Source: Octopus vulgaris (lineage: Eukaryota). From it: a stretch of DNA of 64,000 nucleotides. Where the stretch lies: contig OX597814.1 in assembly GCA_951406725.2 (NCBI GenBank), positions 64,666,001 through 64,730,000 on the forward strand, read 5' to 3'. Numbering within the stretch: the first letter of the stretch is position 1; each line of letters opens with the position of its first letter. The translations under genes were made by a program, and so were the position numbers. This document shows positions 36,845 through 51,284 of this stretch, in pieces. Below the pieces are notes generated by a model. It saw only the letters and a program-made list of their open reading frames with translations. It ran no database searches and was not told where the DNA came from.

Positions 36845-37239
36845 TTTTATCTTTTACTTGTTTCAGTCATCAGGCTGCGGTCATGCTGGTGCACTGTTTT
36901 GAAGAATTTTAGTTGAACGAGTGGACCTCTGTACTTATTTTTATTTTAAGCCTGGTACTTATTCCAGCGGATATCTTTCTGCCGAACTGCAACGTTACGG
37001 GGACGTAAACACACCAACACCGCTTATCAAGTGTGTTGGGGAACAAACATAGGCACACACACACACATACACATACACACGCACGCATTCATGTATTTAT
37101 ATACTCAGGTCGATGCAAACAAGGAAAACAGAGCTCAAAATATGAGTACATGTTTCATAAGTGCCAGCACACGAAACTCTCGGATCTTGAGTGATTCTGT
37201 TAATTCTGCTAAATAGTCAAGTTACTGAAACAAGTAAAA

Positions 37240-37322
<83 letters not shown>

Positions 37323-37487
37323 TACGACAGAGTTCTTTCAGCTTCCGTCTTATAAATCCACTCACTAGACTTTGATCGTCCCGAGGCTATAGTAGAAGAC
37401 ACGTGTCCAAGATGCCACACAGTGGGATTGAACCCGGAACCATGTTGTTGGAAAACGAACTTTTTACTACACAGCCACGCCTGCGCC
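36845..37487 (-). mobile_element. SINE family A interrupted in its internal microsatellite
   Basis: Tail at 36845-37050, head at 37325-37487. Confidence 0.8.
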
Positions 37488-37754
37488 TATCGATATTTTT
37501 TTAATTATGGATTTCAAACTACTTACTCTCTAACCATGTAAGTGTATTTGAACTGGTGATTTGCTGGTATTTGAACTGGTGATTTTGATGAAAATTTCCT
37601 ATGAACACACACACACATACACACGTATACACACACCTAAATACACACGCGTACGCGCGCGCGCACACACACACACACACACATGCTCATACACACATCA
37701 GTGAGTGAAATTCGATGAATCGAAACTGAAAAGGGGATCGAATGCATGCAAAGA

Positions 37755-38155
<401 letters not shown>

Positions 38156-38186
38156 CTGTCGGTCGAACGATCCTTCCTTCCTTCCT

Positions 38187-38220
<34 letters not shown>

Positions 38221-38257
38221 TCTCCCTCTGTATATATATATATGTATATTCTTTGAT

Positions 38258-38452
38258 TCTTTTACTTGTTTCAGTCATTTTGATTGTGGCCTTTTAGTCG
38301 GAGAAATCGACCCCTGGACTTATAAGCCTAAATCTTTGTAAGCCTAATACTTATTCTTTCGGTCTCTTTCGCCGAACCGCTAAGTTATGGGGAGGTAAAC
38401 ACACTCACATCGGATGTCAGTCGATGGTAGAGGGACAAACACAGACACAAAC

Positions 38453-38483
<31 letters not shown>

Positions 38484-38640
38484 CGACAGGCTCCTTTCAG
38501 TTTCCGTCTACCAAATCCACTCACAAAGCTTTGGTCGGCCCGAGGCTATAGTAGAAGACACTTGCTGAAGGTGCCACGCAGTGGAACTGAACCCGAAACC
38601 ATGTGATTGGGAAGCAAGTTTCTTCCCACACAGCCACGCC
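38258..38640 (-). mobile_element. SINE family A
   Basis: Reverse complement of the family consensus. Confidence 0.85.
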
Positions 38641-38676
38641 GTGTCTGGGACTCTGTCTCTTTAATTATTTTTCTGC

Positions 38677-38724
<48 letters not shown>

Positions 38725-40509
38725 ATGTATGTATGTATGTATGTATATCTTACTAGCGTATATATAATAATCGGCGAATGTTGCTCATCGGACGCAGTCC
38801 TTTGAAACGTTTATTCCATGCCGAGTTTCAGACATTTCCTTGTCAACCTGGCCGTTAGATATGCAGCAAGCTAGTTAGGTGGTTAGCGGTGCAATCATTC
38901 ATTGGCGGTAATAAAATAGACAAAACAAACAGATCTCAGTCAAATTCAAGAGTATTAATTCCATACGTTCTCCCATAGCTAATTAAATAATCGAATAGTT
39001 AATTAATAATTAAACAACGTAATTTATTAGACTACCACCCAGACACTTTAATGAGCTGGTAGACCATCTAGTTCGTCTAGTTAGCAAATAAATGTTGAGG
39101 AAAACCCGTCAGGTATACGTTATGTGAAACAGCCGATCTGGCCAGCAACTATATAACCCTTCAAATTATACACACATCTAAATTGACTTAGAGTAATATC
39201 AGCCAACCAACCACACAGCCGAACAGCCAACCGGTGAAAGTAAGCCATTTAACAACTGACTAGACAGGTCGTCCACCGGAGGACTTAGGAGAAGCGAGGC
39301 TTGCTAACGCAACACGACAGAACTTCCTCGAGCGTAAATGGAAAGATTAAGAAGCGTAGCCGAAGAGAAATTCGACCTTCAAGGCACCTGTTTTTTTTTT
39401 CGCCTGGCTCAAACTTTATCCATCCTATCCATTGCCTCATCGGTTTGTTTTTGGTTTACTAAACTTGATGTCCTCATCATTTTCTTGCCTCCAGAGATAT
39501 ATTAAACATGATGCATTTCTCATGCTAAACAATTCGGTGTTTACTTTATATTTTTCTTTCGTTTTCTTTAACATTTTTTTATGTTAGCAACAAATATCAC
39601 TACAGCTGGCCAACAGGACATACGAGTGTTGACCGAAGGGTCCTCAGTTCGTATCTCTTCTCCTCTACTCTAAAATGGTTGCTATTGTTGTTCAGTACCC
39701 AGGGAAGCTCTGGTCGAATAAACATACACACACACTCTCTCTCTCTCTCTCTTTCTTTCTTTCTCTCTTTCTCTCTTTCTCTCTCTCCCTCTCGCACACG
39801 CACACACATACACACACAAGCACACACATACATACAAACATGCATGCATGCGTACATACATGCATAAAAACATACATGCATACATACATGCACACACATG
39901 CATGCATAAAAACATAATGCATACATACACAGACATAAATATATAATCAAAAGCGTTCTATCCGTGACCAATCCGTCTTATTTTTGACATTGTGCATCCA
40001 ATATGTCTTTCTATTTTAAGACAGCATGGTATTATTTGACTGCTACATCTAGTTAGCCGTGTGACTTCATTTAGTCTCCCTTAATGAATGAAACTATAGA
40101 TAGACGGTAAAATAGCTGCTAAATTAATTAAAAGTATATCCACTGAGAAGAGAAACAATAACTATCTCAATAAGTAACTCTGACCAAGGAAATATGCTGC
40201 CTTTGTTAGGCATCTCACCACTTTAAGAAGCAACAGAAAGGAAATTCGAAGTAAGAGTGCAAACTGGTAGATAAATTCAGTGTGCCGTAAACATATACCC
40301 AATTAAGTTGCTCAGTCAAAAACCTCAGTTCTAAAGGCGATGTGAAATAATACTCTGCAAGACGTTCATGCTTTTCTAAGGAGATTTGAGGTACTCAAAT
40401 GGGCGAGGTAGAGATTCAAAACCAAATTGTAGTAGACTCGGCTTGTTAGTAGTTTGTCTCTAAATTCACGACGCTCTCAAACCTTTTCAAGTTAATATCA
40501 TTTTCTTAC

Positions 40510-40865
40510 TAAGGCGACAAGGAAGCAGAACCGTTAGCACACCGAGCAAAATGCTTAGCGGCATTTCAAAGAATTGTATATTCTGAGTTCAAATTCTGCC
40601 GAGGTCGACTTTATCTTTCATCCTTTCGGGGTCGATGAAATAAGGACCAGTTGAACACGGGTCGATGTAATACTTCCCCCGAAATTGCTGGCCTTGTGCC
40701 AAAATTTGAAACTAGTATTATTTTCTTACTAAGGCGGCGAGCTAGCAGAATCGTCAGGACGCCGGGAAAAATGCTTAGTGGCATTTCATCCATTTTACCT
40801 TCTGAGTTCAAATTCCGCTGAGGTCGACTTTACCTGTCATTCTTGTGCTAAAAATTTGAAATTAA
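40510..40865 (+). mobile_element. Two tandem SINE family B copies
   Basis: Same core as 21739-22345. Confidence 0.8.
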
Positions 40866-43429
40866 TATTACTTTTTTACAAGGCATGATATTATTATTTT
40901 TTTTTAAGAAGAATATACCATCTATTGTATACTTTATTCGTGTGGTAGTTTAACTAAATGTATTACTGGTACATATTTCATTGACGACAGAGGCATACAA
41001 AGAGAAGGCATGAAAGTGCATTTTTTTAATAGTTTAGCAAGAAATGGAAGAGTAAATCATTGACTGGTGTGATGATGGCAGAATTCCTTACTAGAGGGGC
41101 GAGTGGAACAGGAGATGATGTTAAACCGAGCAACAAAGAACGTCTAATACCCAAGAATTGGAGAAGACTGGAACAATTCAAAATGAAAAGTAAAATTCTT
41201 TAGTATCTTTTCTTTCTGGCGACTATCTCTGCCAACTTACGATACTGACATAGAATTGTTAATTTTAATTAAGCAGAAAATGACTGGGCATAGTAGACTG
41301 AACTGACTGTAGTATTGGCAATACACAATACAATACCTGAGATAAGACCGCAGTCATTTAGTTGTTTGCTGTTCTATCAAATAAATCGTGTTCACACAAA
41401 CCATTTGAATTTTTTGTAATAATTTTGTCCGACAATCTTTGAATGCTGCTATTCTATTCACTAACTTTCTTTGCCAGAGCAATATTAATAACTAACATTG
41501 AGCACAAGGCTCTCGAGAAAGGTTATAGTCGATTTGATCGAGCTCAGTAATTGACTAGTACATATATTATCGACCCTGGAGGGATAAAACGATATGTCAA
41601 TCTCAGCTGAATTTAAAAACACCACAAAATACTAAAATGAAGTAGAACACAGAGAGGTAAGTAGTTAGTGGTGGGGAAGAAATGCAGCTAAAGTAGAAAT
41701 TAAGAGCAAGTGAACGTATGTGAGAAAGTTAGGTTATAGATAGATAGATGATAAAGAGATAGAGAGAGAGGGAGAGAGGGGGAGCTTATCGTATCAAAGA
41801 AGGGAATGAGGAAGTATTTAGATAGGACAAAAATGCGCTATATGAATGAAAGAGAAATAGAGATCAGAGAAATAGATTACAAACAAGAATGATTGGAAAG
41901 AAGAAAAGGTAACAAGAAATAAAAAATCGACAAAGCTAGCAAACTATGAGGAATTCAGTGAAAAAAGAGCAAAGATTAAGAAGCAAAGAAAAAAAAAACC
42001 ATTTAATAAAGTAACAAAACCAAAAGTACAGATTAAAGGCAGTAGATGCTTCAACAGGCAGGTTTACTTGAAGTTGGATAGAAAAGCACGGTTTAGTTCG
42101 GTTAATGGTATTGATAAATTGAACAGAGTATGTCAGATCTTTCCGAATCAGAAAACTCAAGTAGGGCGTTTTACTATCCGTAAAACCAAGACTGAGAAAT
42201 CTGATGAGGAAAAAACTAGCTAAGAAATTCTTTCCTAGTTAGCCAGTTAGCTCATCCATCTTATAACAAATTTCAACCACACTGACCAACGCTGTAGCGC
42301 TCACACATAAAACCATGCCAATATAAAGAAGCCGGCAATCAACAGGACATATAAAAAGTTTTTATGCTCGATGTGCTGTGCAATTTTTATGCTGCGAAAG
42401 TCAGGCGTTCTGGTAGTAATTGGCATTTTTCGTAAAATTCTGACAGTGGTTACTGTATCGGCATCATCTGTAGCATCATAACACAGCATAATATATAACA
42501 TAACATCGCTATCAAATAGAGATATCGTTGAAAACGTCATGTGCATACGTGCATGTGAAGGTTTTTGAAAGTAAGTATATCTTTCCAGATGTCTCCCTAT
42601 ATGCGTAAGTGAGACAGTGTGGAGATGGAGCTGAGCGGGGGGAAGAACACTTGAAAACCTGCTTTTGGCTTTTACTTGAAATAGCTGAGATGTAAAAAGC
42701 TCTGCCTTAAGTACTTCTTAACATGACTGCAACGGGAATAATTCGTTTTCCTACATTTTCATTGATCTTTACTCAACATCATCATACATACACTCAAATA
42801 CACACACTAAGGCACGATGCACGCACCCCCCACACACACATTTACGTCTCTCTCAGTTTCTATATATATGTGTGTATGTGCAAGCATATATGTAAGAATA
42901 TATTTCTAAACACACACACACAAAGGAAGAAAAATAGAGAGAGAGAGAGAACAAGGAAGTCGTACAAACATATTTTTCTTCCTTTTTAAGTGTTTGCCAT
43001 CTATCTGCAGTCGGCGACCATAAGTACATACATAAAGATTTGTGTGCGTGTGTGTTTGTGTGCGTGTGTGTTTGTGTGCGTGTATATATGAGTGTCTGCG
43101 TGAGTACACACACATTCTGTCTCGCACACACAAACTTTCTCTATCCATCTCTCTCTCTCCCTCTCCCTCTCTATCTCTCACACACACATAGATATTTCCT
43201 TCTTTCTATTAATATATATTTACAAGCATCTACTTCTGCAACTACAAGAACAAAAATAACAATAAAAACAACGACGGCAACAACAACCACACCTAACATC
43301 ACCACAACCATACGACGACGACGACGACGATGACGATGACGATGGCGATGACGATGACGATGACAACGACGATGACGATGACGATGACGATGACGTCGAC
43401 GACGATGATTAATTTTCATCATCACAATA

Positions 43430-43610
43430 ATCCTTTCCGCTAGATACGAGGCCTGAAATTTTGGGAGAGGAAGCTAGTCAATTACTTCAAACCCAGTGCT
43501 CGATATTTATTTTATCGATCCCGAAACGATGAAAGGCAAAGTCAACCGCATTGGAATTTGAACTCAGAACGTAAAGATGGACGAAATGCTACTAAGCAGT
43601 TTGTCCCGCG
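43430..43610 (-). mobile_element. SINE family B
   Basis: Reverse complement of the family B core. Confidence 0.7.
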
Positions 43611-43818
43611 TGAATGATAATCATTCTTTCAAATTGTGACATGCCATCAATTCTGCCAGGAAAGGTTAGATGACACCATCTAGTCCCGTATTTAACTGGT
43701 ACTTTTATTTCATTGGCTCCGGAGGAATGAAAGCAAGGTTGACATTATTATTATTTTTTTTCTATCAAGCAATTTCCGATTCTCCATCAAAATTTTTTTC
43801 ATGTTTACGATTGATGTG

Positions 43819-43876
<58 letters not shown>

Positions 43877-43889
43877 GGAGCGATGGCTA

Positions 43890-44235
43890 TAATAGCGCGT
43901 CGCAGCATCCACTGTTTGTTGGTGATTCCTCACTCCTGGCGGATGACACCTCTGCACCACACAGGCGACAACCCATGGGCGTGGCTGGGTAGTCGTTGCT
44001 GCTGAAGTTTTTCAGACGTTGGAGTGCAAACCCTTTCTGGCCACTTTTAGTCGCCTTTTGCGACACGCAGAAGAAATGCTGGAGTTATTCTTTGGTATGC
44101 GGCCCCCTCCACATGCAAAATACTTGAGCAATGTAAAATGTAGTGTTTTGCTCAACAACACAACCCGGTGCCCGTTCCCGGAATAGAACCCACGATCTCG
44201 CGAACGTGAGAGCCACTCTCTCACCACTAGAGTAT
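43890..44235 (-). mobile_element. tRNA-derived SINE related to family C with a different tail
   Basis: Minus-strand tRNA-like head, gttgttgttgagcaaaacact-like core, gcgtgtcgcaaaaggcgactaa motif. Confidence 0.55.
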
Positions 44236-46102
44236 CTACCTTCACCTGATGTAGGAAACTCTTAATTCTACATAACGTATGCGGTCATCACCGATTTTCG
44301 ACAAAATTTATCTTTTTCCTACTATTCCAAAGTTAACATCAGAATCATTCTACGAGTTATTCACCTTAACGAAAGCATATGTATTTCTTTAAAATAGAAG
44401 GAATCAATTAGATCAAGGGAGATTAACAGCAAAGCAACCCTGCGTATCTTGGTTAAACAGTTTATTCCAAAAATTCATTACAAAGTTGAAACGGTAGTTC
44501 ATTGGTCTCGCGTATCCTGCAAATCCATCAAAGGAATAATTGGTACATTTCGCATTGTATAATTTATAGTATATAAGAATAAGACAGATATCCACGTGCT
44601 TTCATAGCAACTTATTTAGTATAAATTTATTCTGAATAAATTGTATTTATAGTAATACCCTGTAACACCCATTCATTTTATTCCTTTTTACTTTTTACTA
44701 TTTTTAAATACACACACGCACATACACACTAAATATCTGTAAACATGTGAATATATGGGGCCGTAACGAGTGATTTGTATGACATCCATTATAGCCTCGT
44801 TATTTTACTGACATTGCTTTGCAAATATGAATATATTGCGCTACATTTTTCTATTGAGAGATTTGTATATATTTCAGACATTTTTGATATTATTCAACAA
44901 AAGTGTAACCTTATTCCCACGTTTCTAATTTGCAGCACACATATTGCATATCATAATATCGTTTATACAAACCATCACAAAACGCATACTTTATTATCAA
45001 GGTATTGGTTCAACAAAGCGTCACAACACATTATATGACCACACATAGTAAATACAAAACAACCTTCCAAATTAAATTTAAAGGTAGCGTAAGACAAATG
45101 AAGAAATCCAATAAATCATAACATATTTCAGACAATACTAGAAATGTAGTAGGAGATATATGAGCATGATTCTGGCCATGTGCTTAACTCGGATGGTTCG
45201 TCGGTGAAGTATGCTGAATATCATGTGAACTCAGTTGTGTTTAAGCAATAAATAGTTAGAAGAATGTGACAGTGTAGGCATGTTGCTTTTGTTCACCGAC
45301 CAGTCTATATATGTCTGTAATTGCTATTATGAAGACTGAAGAACATGTGAAAGGCCAGTAGACAGTCGATCAAAAAGCTCAATTCACGATGTACTGTTAC
45401 AGAAAAGGCGGGTAAAGTTGACTTGGTTGGCGCATGACAGTTATTAATGTGCATTTGTCACTGATAATGTGCACCGTAATGCAATGCTTGTAGATTTAAT
45501 GTGGTTATTGATATTGCTATCTAGTTTGTATTTGGGAGCATTCTATGCATGTCTAAAGTGGGTAGAAAAAAAATGACATCTGAGGGTTTCTGAGTGTTTA
45601 GCAGTGAAAGTTGGAGCTTGAGGCAGAAACTACTCATATCTATAATGCATTAAAAGTCAGCTTGAATTTTGCTTCCTTGCTTACTTGCAATGTTACCCAG
45701 CCAAACTGGCGCATAATAGAAAAATACTATGAATTAAGTTTCCTCCCAAATATAAATACGAACGGAATAAAACAAATTTCACGTAAATCGGACAGGTGGT
45801 TGCGGAGATATTAGGGGTTTTCGGGATATAAATACCCAAAACGGTGCATAATGGGAAAATATTCCAAAAACAAAATATTCCCGAACGGGAAGAAACTCTC
45901 ACCTTTCGATAAACACAGGGATTTGACAACGAAAACACGAGTTGTTTTTGACAGTAAATGTTTCTATTTTCGCTTTTGTTAATATTTTAATCATTTAGAA
46001 ATATTTTTTAGTGAATGTGATTTCAAAAATGTAAGTTGTTTGTACAGTAAGTATTTATATTTTAGCTTTCTCCAGCAGACAATATTATATATATATATAA
46101 AT

Positions 46103-46485
46103 ATTATATATTTATATATATAATTATTAATTTTAGTATATAATTATAAACAATTGCAGCGTGGAAGGTGTTTATAAGCCATTTAAGAAACACACAAAAC
46201 CTTTAGATTCACTTCACCATTTAAATTTAATTTGCCAAAATATTTTCGTCGCTTTGAGACCGCGACCTATACACTGACAAAATTCAAGTGATGCTGCACG
46301 AAATTTTGTCAGTGAACAGGTCGCGGTCTCAAAGCGACGAAAATATTTTGGCATATTGAATTTAAATGGTGAAGTGAATCTAACGCTTTTTGTGTGTTTC
46401 TTAAATGGCTTATAAACACCTTCCACGCTGCAATTGTTTATAAATTATATACTAAGATTAATAATTATATATATAAATATATAAT
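46103..46485. mobile_element. Fold-back element (~180-bp arms) carrying the G3-C8 hammerhead family
   Basis: caattgcagcgtggaaggtgtttataagcc / ggcttataaacaccttccacgctgcaattg; AT-rich flanks. Confidence 0.9.
46307..46353 (+). ncRNA. Minimal hammerhead with compensatory G3-C8 core (GUGAACA); decayed mirror at 46233-46279
   Basis: tgtca-GTGAACA-ggtcgc ggtctcaaa gcgac-GAAA-atat-TT-tggca. Confidence 0.7.
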
Positions 46486-47152
46486 TATGTTAAAGGGATC
46501 AAGAAATAACTTTCTCCAAAATGCTAAAAATAAAAAAAAACGCCAAAGCGTTAAAAAGCCACTGTTACAACTCCTATAAAAACACGGGTTGTGAGCGAGC
46601 AAATGAAAAATACAAAATAAAACTTCACAGTAAATCGTGTATTGAGTCCAATTTCGGGATTAAAGCAGTAAAAATAGCTTATTCCCCACATTCAGCACAA
46701 TATTCCAAGAAACATAATCACAGATATTTATACGAAGCAAATGTTACGTCCATATACAAATATCCGTGCTTTTGTATCATATAAAAGTCAAATTTTTACT
46801 TTTCATTTCAGCAGCGTGTTTTTTAACCGAAATAGCCTCGCAGAAAATGTGATTTCGATCAGGAGCAAACATATTTTATTAGTTATTCTTAATAGAAATC
46901 AGAATAAAATCCTGTTAATGGTAATAACAAGTGGCCAGCATGAGATATGCTGAAAATGGGGAATAAGCTATTTTTACTGCTTTAATTCCGAAATTGAACC
47001 CAATACATAATTTACTATGAAGTTTTATTGTGTATTTTGCATTTGCTTGCCCACAACCCGTGTTTTTGTAGGAGTTACAACAGTGGCTTTTTGGTGCCTT
47101 TGGCGTCTTCTTTTAGCATGTTAGAGAAGGTTATTTCCTGATTCCTTTCATA

Positions 47153-47155
<3 letters not shown>
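46486..47155. mobile_element. Diverged fold-back element (~215-bp arms, ~245-bp spacer) with a hammerhead in each arm (46946-47009 plus; 46636-46699 minus)
   Basis: tatg-CTGAAAA-tggggaataagc..gctttaattcc-GAAA-ttg aacc caa-TA-cata; ends in (TA)n. Confidence 0.8.
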
Positions 47156-47215
<60 letters not shown>

Positions 47216-48661
47216 ATATGTGTGTATGTATGTATGTGTGTGTGTATGTGTGTATGTGTGTATGTATGTATGTATGTATGTATGTATGTATGTATGTATG
47301 TATGTATGTATGTATGTAGAATGCATGTATTGTTAGGGATTTGTGAGTGTCACATGATCAAGTTATAATAATGCAAAGAAACTTGTTTATGAGTTTTCTT
47401 GATCTCTTGAGATTTATTGCACAGCGATTTGGTATAAAGGCAAGAGTTTCATAGTCTATAATGTATCAAATACGTTGTTTGTAAAGTTTTGGTCATTTTT
47501 ATGAGCTAAATTACGTGTCTGTGAATGCTACATATATGTTTGGAAGCGGTTTTACTTTCTTCACTAAATGTTCTATCTATCTTGTAGATGTAATATTTAT
47601 AATAGGATGTTCAACTGTGTCTGGAGATGTATTTGAAGGACGTGATATGTAGGCATAGTATCATAGCTAAGGATATGTGTATTTTTTGTAGGAGTCTGGG
47701 AAGTTTGTGCAAGAATAAGTTTGAAAGTGTTGTCCGCTTGAACGAAACTTATTGATACAGGATTTAATAAATTATTCGTTTCTACTCTGAGGTATTTAAG
47801 CCTTTCCTATTGCTTTTCTGTCGTCTGATGGAAGAATGGGGTCATGGTTATAGCGTGAGTAGAAGGTTTGGCAACTTTAGATTAATGTGATTTTGGAAGG
47901 TTAGTTTTTGAAAAACGTCTAATGAATGCTGCTGGAGTGTGGCTCTAAACAGGTTTTATTTTGACAAGAAGTGTGTTGTAGTCGTTGTTTAGGTTGTTGG
48001 TGCAGTTAATTAGTGGTTTATTATGTGTTTATGTAAAAATACAGATATTTGTCAGAATCGTTGAAGCGTCGGACAAAATGGCTTGCCTCATTTGTTCCGG
48101 TCCTTTGCATATTGAATTCAAAGCCCGCCGATGCTAACCTTGCTTTTATCTTTCCAGAATCGATAAAATGAAACAGAAGTGTTTTTCTGGGGCGATATAA
48201 TCCACTAGTCTTTACCCAGAAAATTACTGCTCCGTTTCTTTTTCTGTATGTATCCAGGAGTACATTAGTTAACTTGTCTTTTGTGTTGAAGACAGTATGA
48301 ACGTCGGTGACTGAGTATGGACTTCCTTGTGTACGGTATACAAGTGCGTTAGTATGAACCATTTTGGGATGAGTATATTTCTTGCTATTGTTCTAACACC
48401 TAACAGGATATCGTGTGCAATCCATAGCAATGTAGTGTAAGAATTAAAGTCTTTCAGAATGAAATGCGGGTATTGAAGTCCAACAAAATGTATTGAAATA
48501 TATCAAAATATAGTGCATGCATTGGTATCTATCACGATATGGCGTGTGTGTACTGATGTCTAACAGTATATAGTAAGCGTATTGAAGTCTAGTATGATAA
48601 CATGTGTGTATTGATGTCTGGAAAAATGCAGTGTCTGTATTAGAATGTATGAGGATAAGTA

Positions 48662-49167
48662 TTAGGTTGTCAAGAAAGTTCTTGCGGTTTTTAACCTTTA
48701 AATTCAGAGGCACATATCTCGGCTCAAACAAAACTTTATTTATCGAAATAAACACCATCAGAATCAACACACTTTTGCCAACGCGAAACAAGTTTATTTA
48801 TGCCAGTGGCGTAAAAATCCTGCGTTCTGCTGTCGATAAAGTCGTTGAAGGCGTGTTTGGCATCGTCTTGGTTTTTGAAGCATTTCTCATGCAGGACGTT
48901 GCCGAGATGCTTGAAAAAGTGGTAGTCGGTAGGCGAGAGGTCGGGTGAATATGGCGGATGAGGCAGAGTTTCGTAGCCCAATTCGTTGAACTTCCGATAA
49001 AAAATGGCCTAATTATTCAAAAGAAAAAGAGTAACACGATTAGATAGAGTGAAAAACGGGCTTTAAAATGATATAAAAAGTCAAAGTAATTTAACGAGAA
49101 TTAATTTGAAAATACATCATTTAAAACCAAAATTTAAAATTCTGCAACAACTTTCTTGATAAACAAA
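48662..49167 (-). mobile_element. Short internally deleted mariner element
   Basis: ORF 48736-48981 LPHPPYSPDLSPTDYHFF..GINKLVSRWQKCVDSDG.YF; TIRs ttaggttgtcaagaaagttcttgc / gcaacaactttcttgataaacaaa with TA flanks. Confidence 0.9.
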
Positions 49168-50110
49168 TATTTGCAGAAGTGTATTAAGTCCACTCAACTG
49201 GCAAAAATGAGTTGTACCTGTAATTCAAAGGGCCTGCTTTGTTACATCCTGTGTTATGCTGAATCTCCCTGAGAACTACGTTAAGGATATGCGTGTGAGT
49301 AGTACTCATTAATTTGAAGGGAACTTGGTTGCTGTTTCTAGCAAGTTTGTCGGCTATGAGGAACGTCCCGCATTTGAATATAACAGTAGTGATGTTCGCT
49401 ACCTCGGGGTGCTAGTGTGTGTCAGTATTGGTTATGGGAGTGGAGTGTCGTTTAAAAAGCGGTAAATATGATGACAATAACGACGACACTGACAACGAAG
49501 ACGACACGACGGTGACGACACAACGACACGACTACGACGACGACTCGACTACGATAACGACGACAACGACGACGATGATGGTGACAGTGTGGACGACTAT
49601 GATATTGTTGATTAGGTTTTATATGATGGTTGCGATATTGATGATAGTTTGCGTAGTTTCAGAGGTGTTTGTGGCAATGCTGGTGGTGAACGTGTATCTC
49701 TGCAGCAGTGGTGCTAATTCACAATAGCTGTCGTTGTTGCACCGTAATTAGGCAAGCTTCAAACGCAAGTTATCAATGTCAAAATTTTGACAGCAATATT
49801 TTCACTGCCATCATCTCCCTTCACCTTTGTGACACCTTCCCCTTCATCTCCTCCGCTTTCTAACTCTTCTATAATCTATTTCCCATCACTAAACTTGAAT
49901 CTTTAATTTTCTTTTTTCTCATCCACCACCAACAATCTTGTTTTCTTCGTGTCACTCCGATCCGTCATACTGGATCCAATCTATCTCTAACATTAGTTTA
50001 CTATCCCAACTTCCCACATGGTTCCACTCTTTCTCTTGTCTTTATCATCACCTCTCACTATACTGTTTTAAGTTACGGGACTCTCTCTCTCTCTCTCTCT
50101 CACTCTCTCC

Positions 50111-50200
<90 letters not shown>

Positions 50201-50639
50201 CCAGCTTCTTATTTGAGACCCCATTTTTGGTATATTTTCCTGCTGATCACATCTTCAGAAACTATCTACACCCTTCTGTTACCATCTACAACTTCACATT
50301 CACAAAATTTGCAACACACTTGCACATAAATATACATGCAAATATTACATATATAGGTCAGTATATATGCAAACACATAGATATGACCATACGCATATTT
50401 AAACACGCGCCAACATCACGCATACATTCATGCATGTATACAAATATATACATATGAACATATGCACATAGACATACAACTAAGTATTCACGCACAATTT
50501 ATTTGAAGAAAGTAATTTTCTACACATGTGGACATCTAATCAAACATATACATGTACAATTAAATATTCATATAAGAATACACAGCATATACTCTCACAA
50601 ACACATTCCTATTAATATATACACGAATCCAATGCCGAG

Positions 50640-50845
50640 TAGGCACAATGGTTAGCAAGCTGGGCAAAATGCTCAGCGGCATTTCGTCCATCTTCACGTT
50701 CTGAGTTCAAATTTCACCAAAGCCGACTATACCTTTCCTCCTATCAGAGACGATAAAATAAGTACCAGTAAAACACTGGTGTCGGTATTATCGACTTAAC
50801 CCTGACTTCGAAACTACTGGTCTTGTACCAAGATTTGAAACCAGT
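50640..50845 (+). mobile_element. SINE family B, decayed
   Basis: Family B core. Confidence 0.7.
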
Positions 50846-51284
50846 ATATCCACGAAACCTAACGCGCATACAAATTCATGCACACACGTTCTTTTCGCAC
50901 TCATATACGTGTATATTTAACTTCATTTGGGAGAAAAGTGACCTCTATACGTAACGTAAAGTATATATATGTATGTAACTCACTCTTTCTCTCGTTGTAT
51001 GATTATTTGTATGTCTATGTACAATGACAGTTGCCCACATGTTTACCGTCCCCACAATCAGCGCCATCATTATCATTAATATACATAACTCATAATTGCA
51101 AATAATTCTACATTTATGGATATACAGCACATCAAATTCATTAGTGCTACCATTCCAAACCTCATGGTTGTTATTACTGTTCTTGTCTTTATCGTCGAGG
51201 TTCTTATCTCCATACTAGCTGCAGATCGACATCACCTGAGGAGGTTTTACCTTCATACCGCTAACTGGAGCTTGCATGTCCGAG

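Noticed and set aside
45335-45365. CTGAAGA-acatgt-GAAA-ggcc motif
   Set aside because: No stem I complementarity and no UH cleavage site.
45770-45815. Helitron/Helentron-like motif aatttcacgtaaatcggacaggtggttgcggagatat
   Set aside because: No termini or second copy in the window to support an element call.
47340-48000. Strand-biased stretch that may be a decayed LINE
   Set aside because: No recognisable protein motif recovered.
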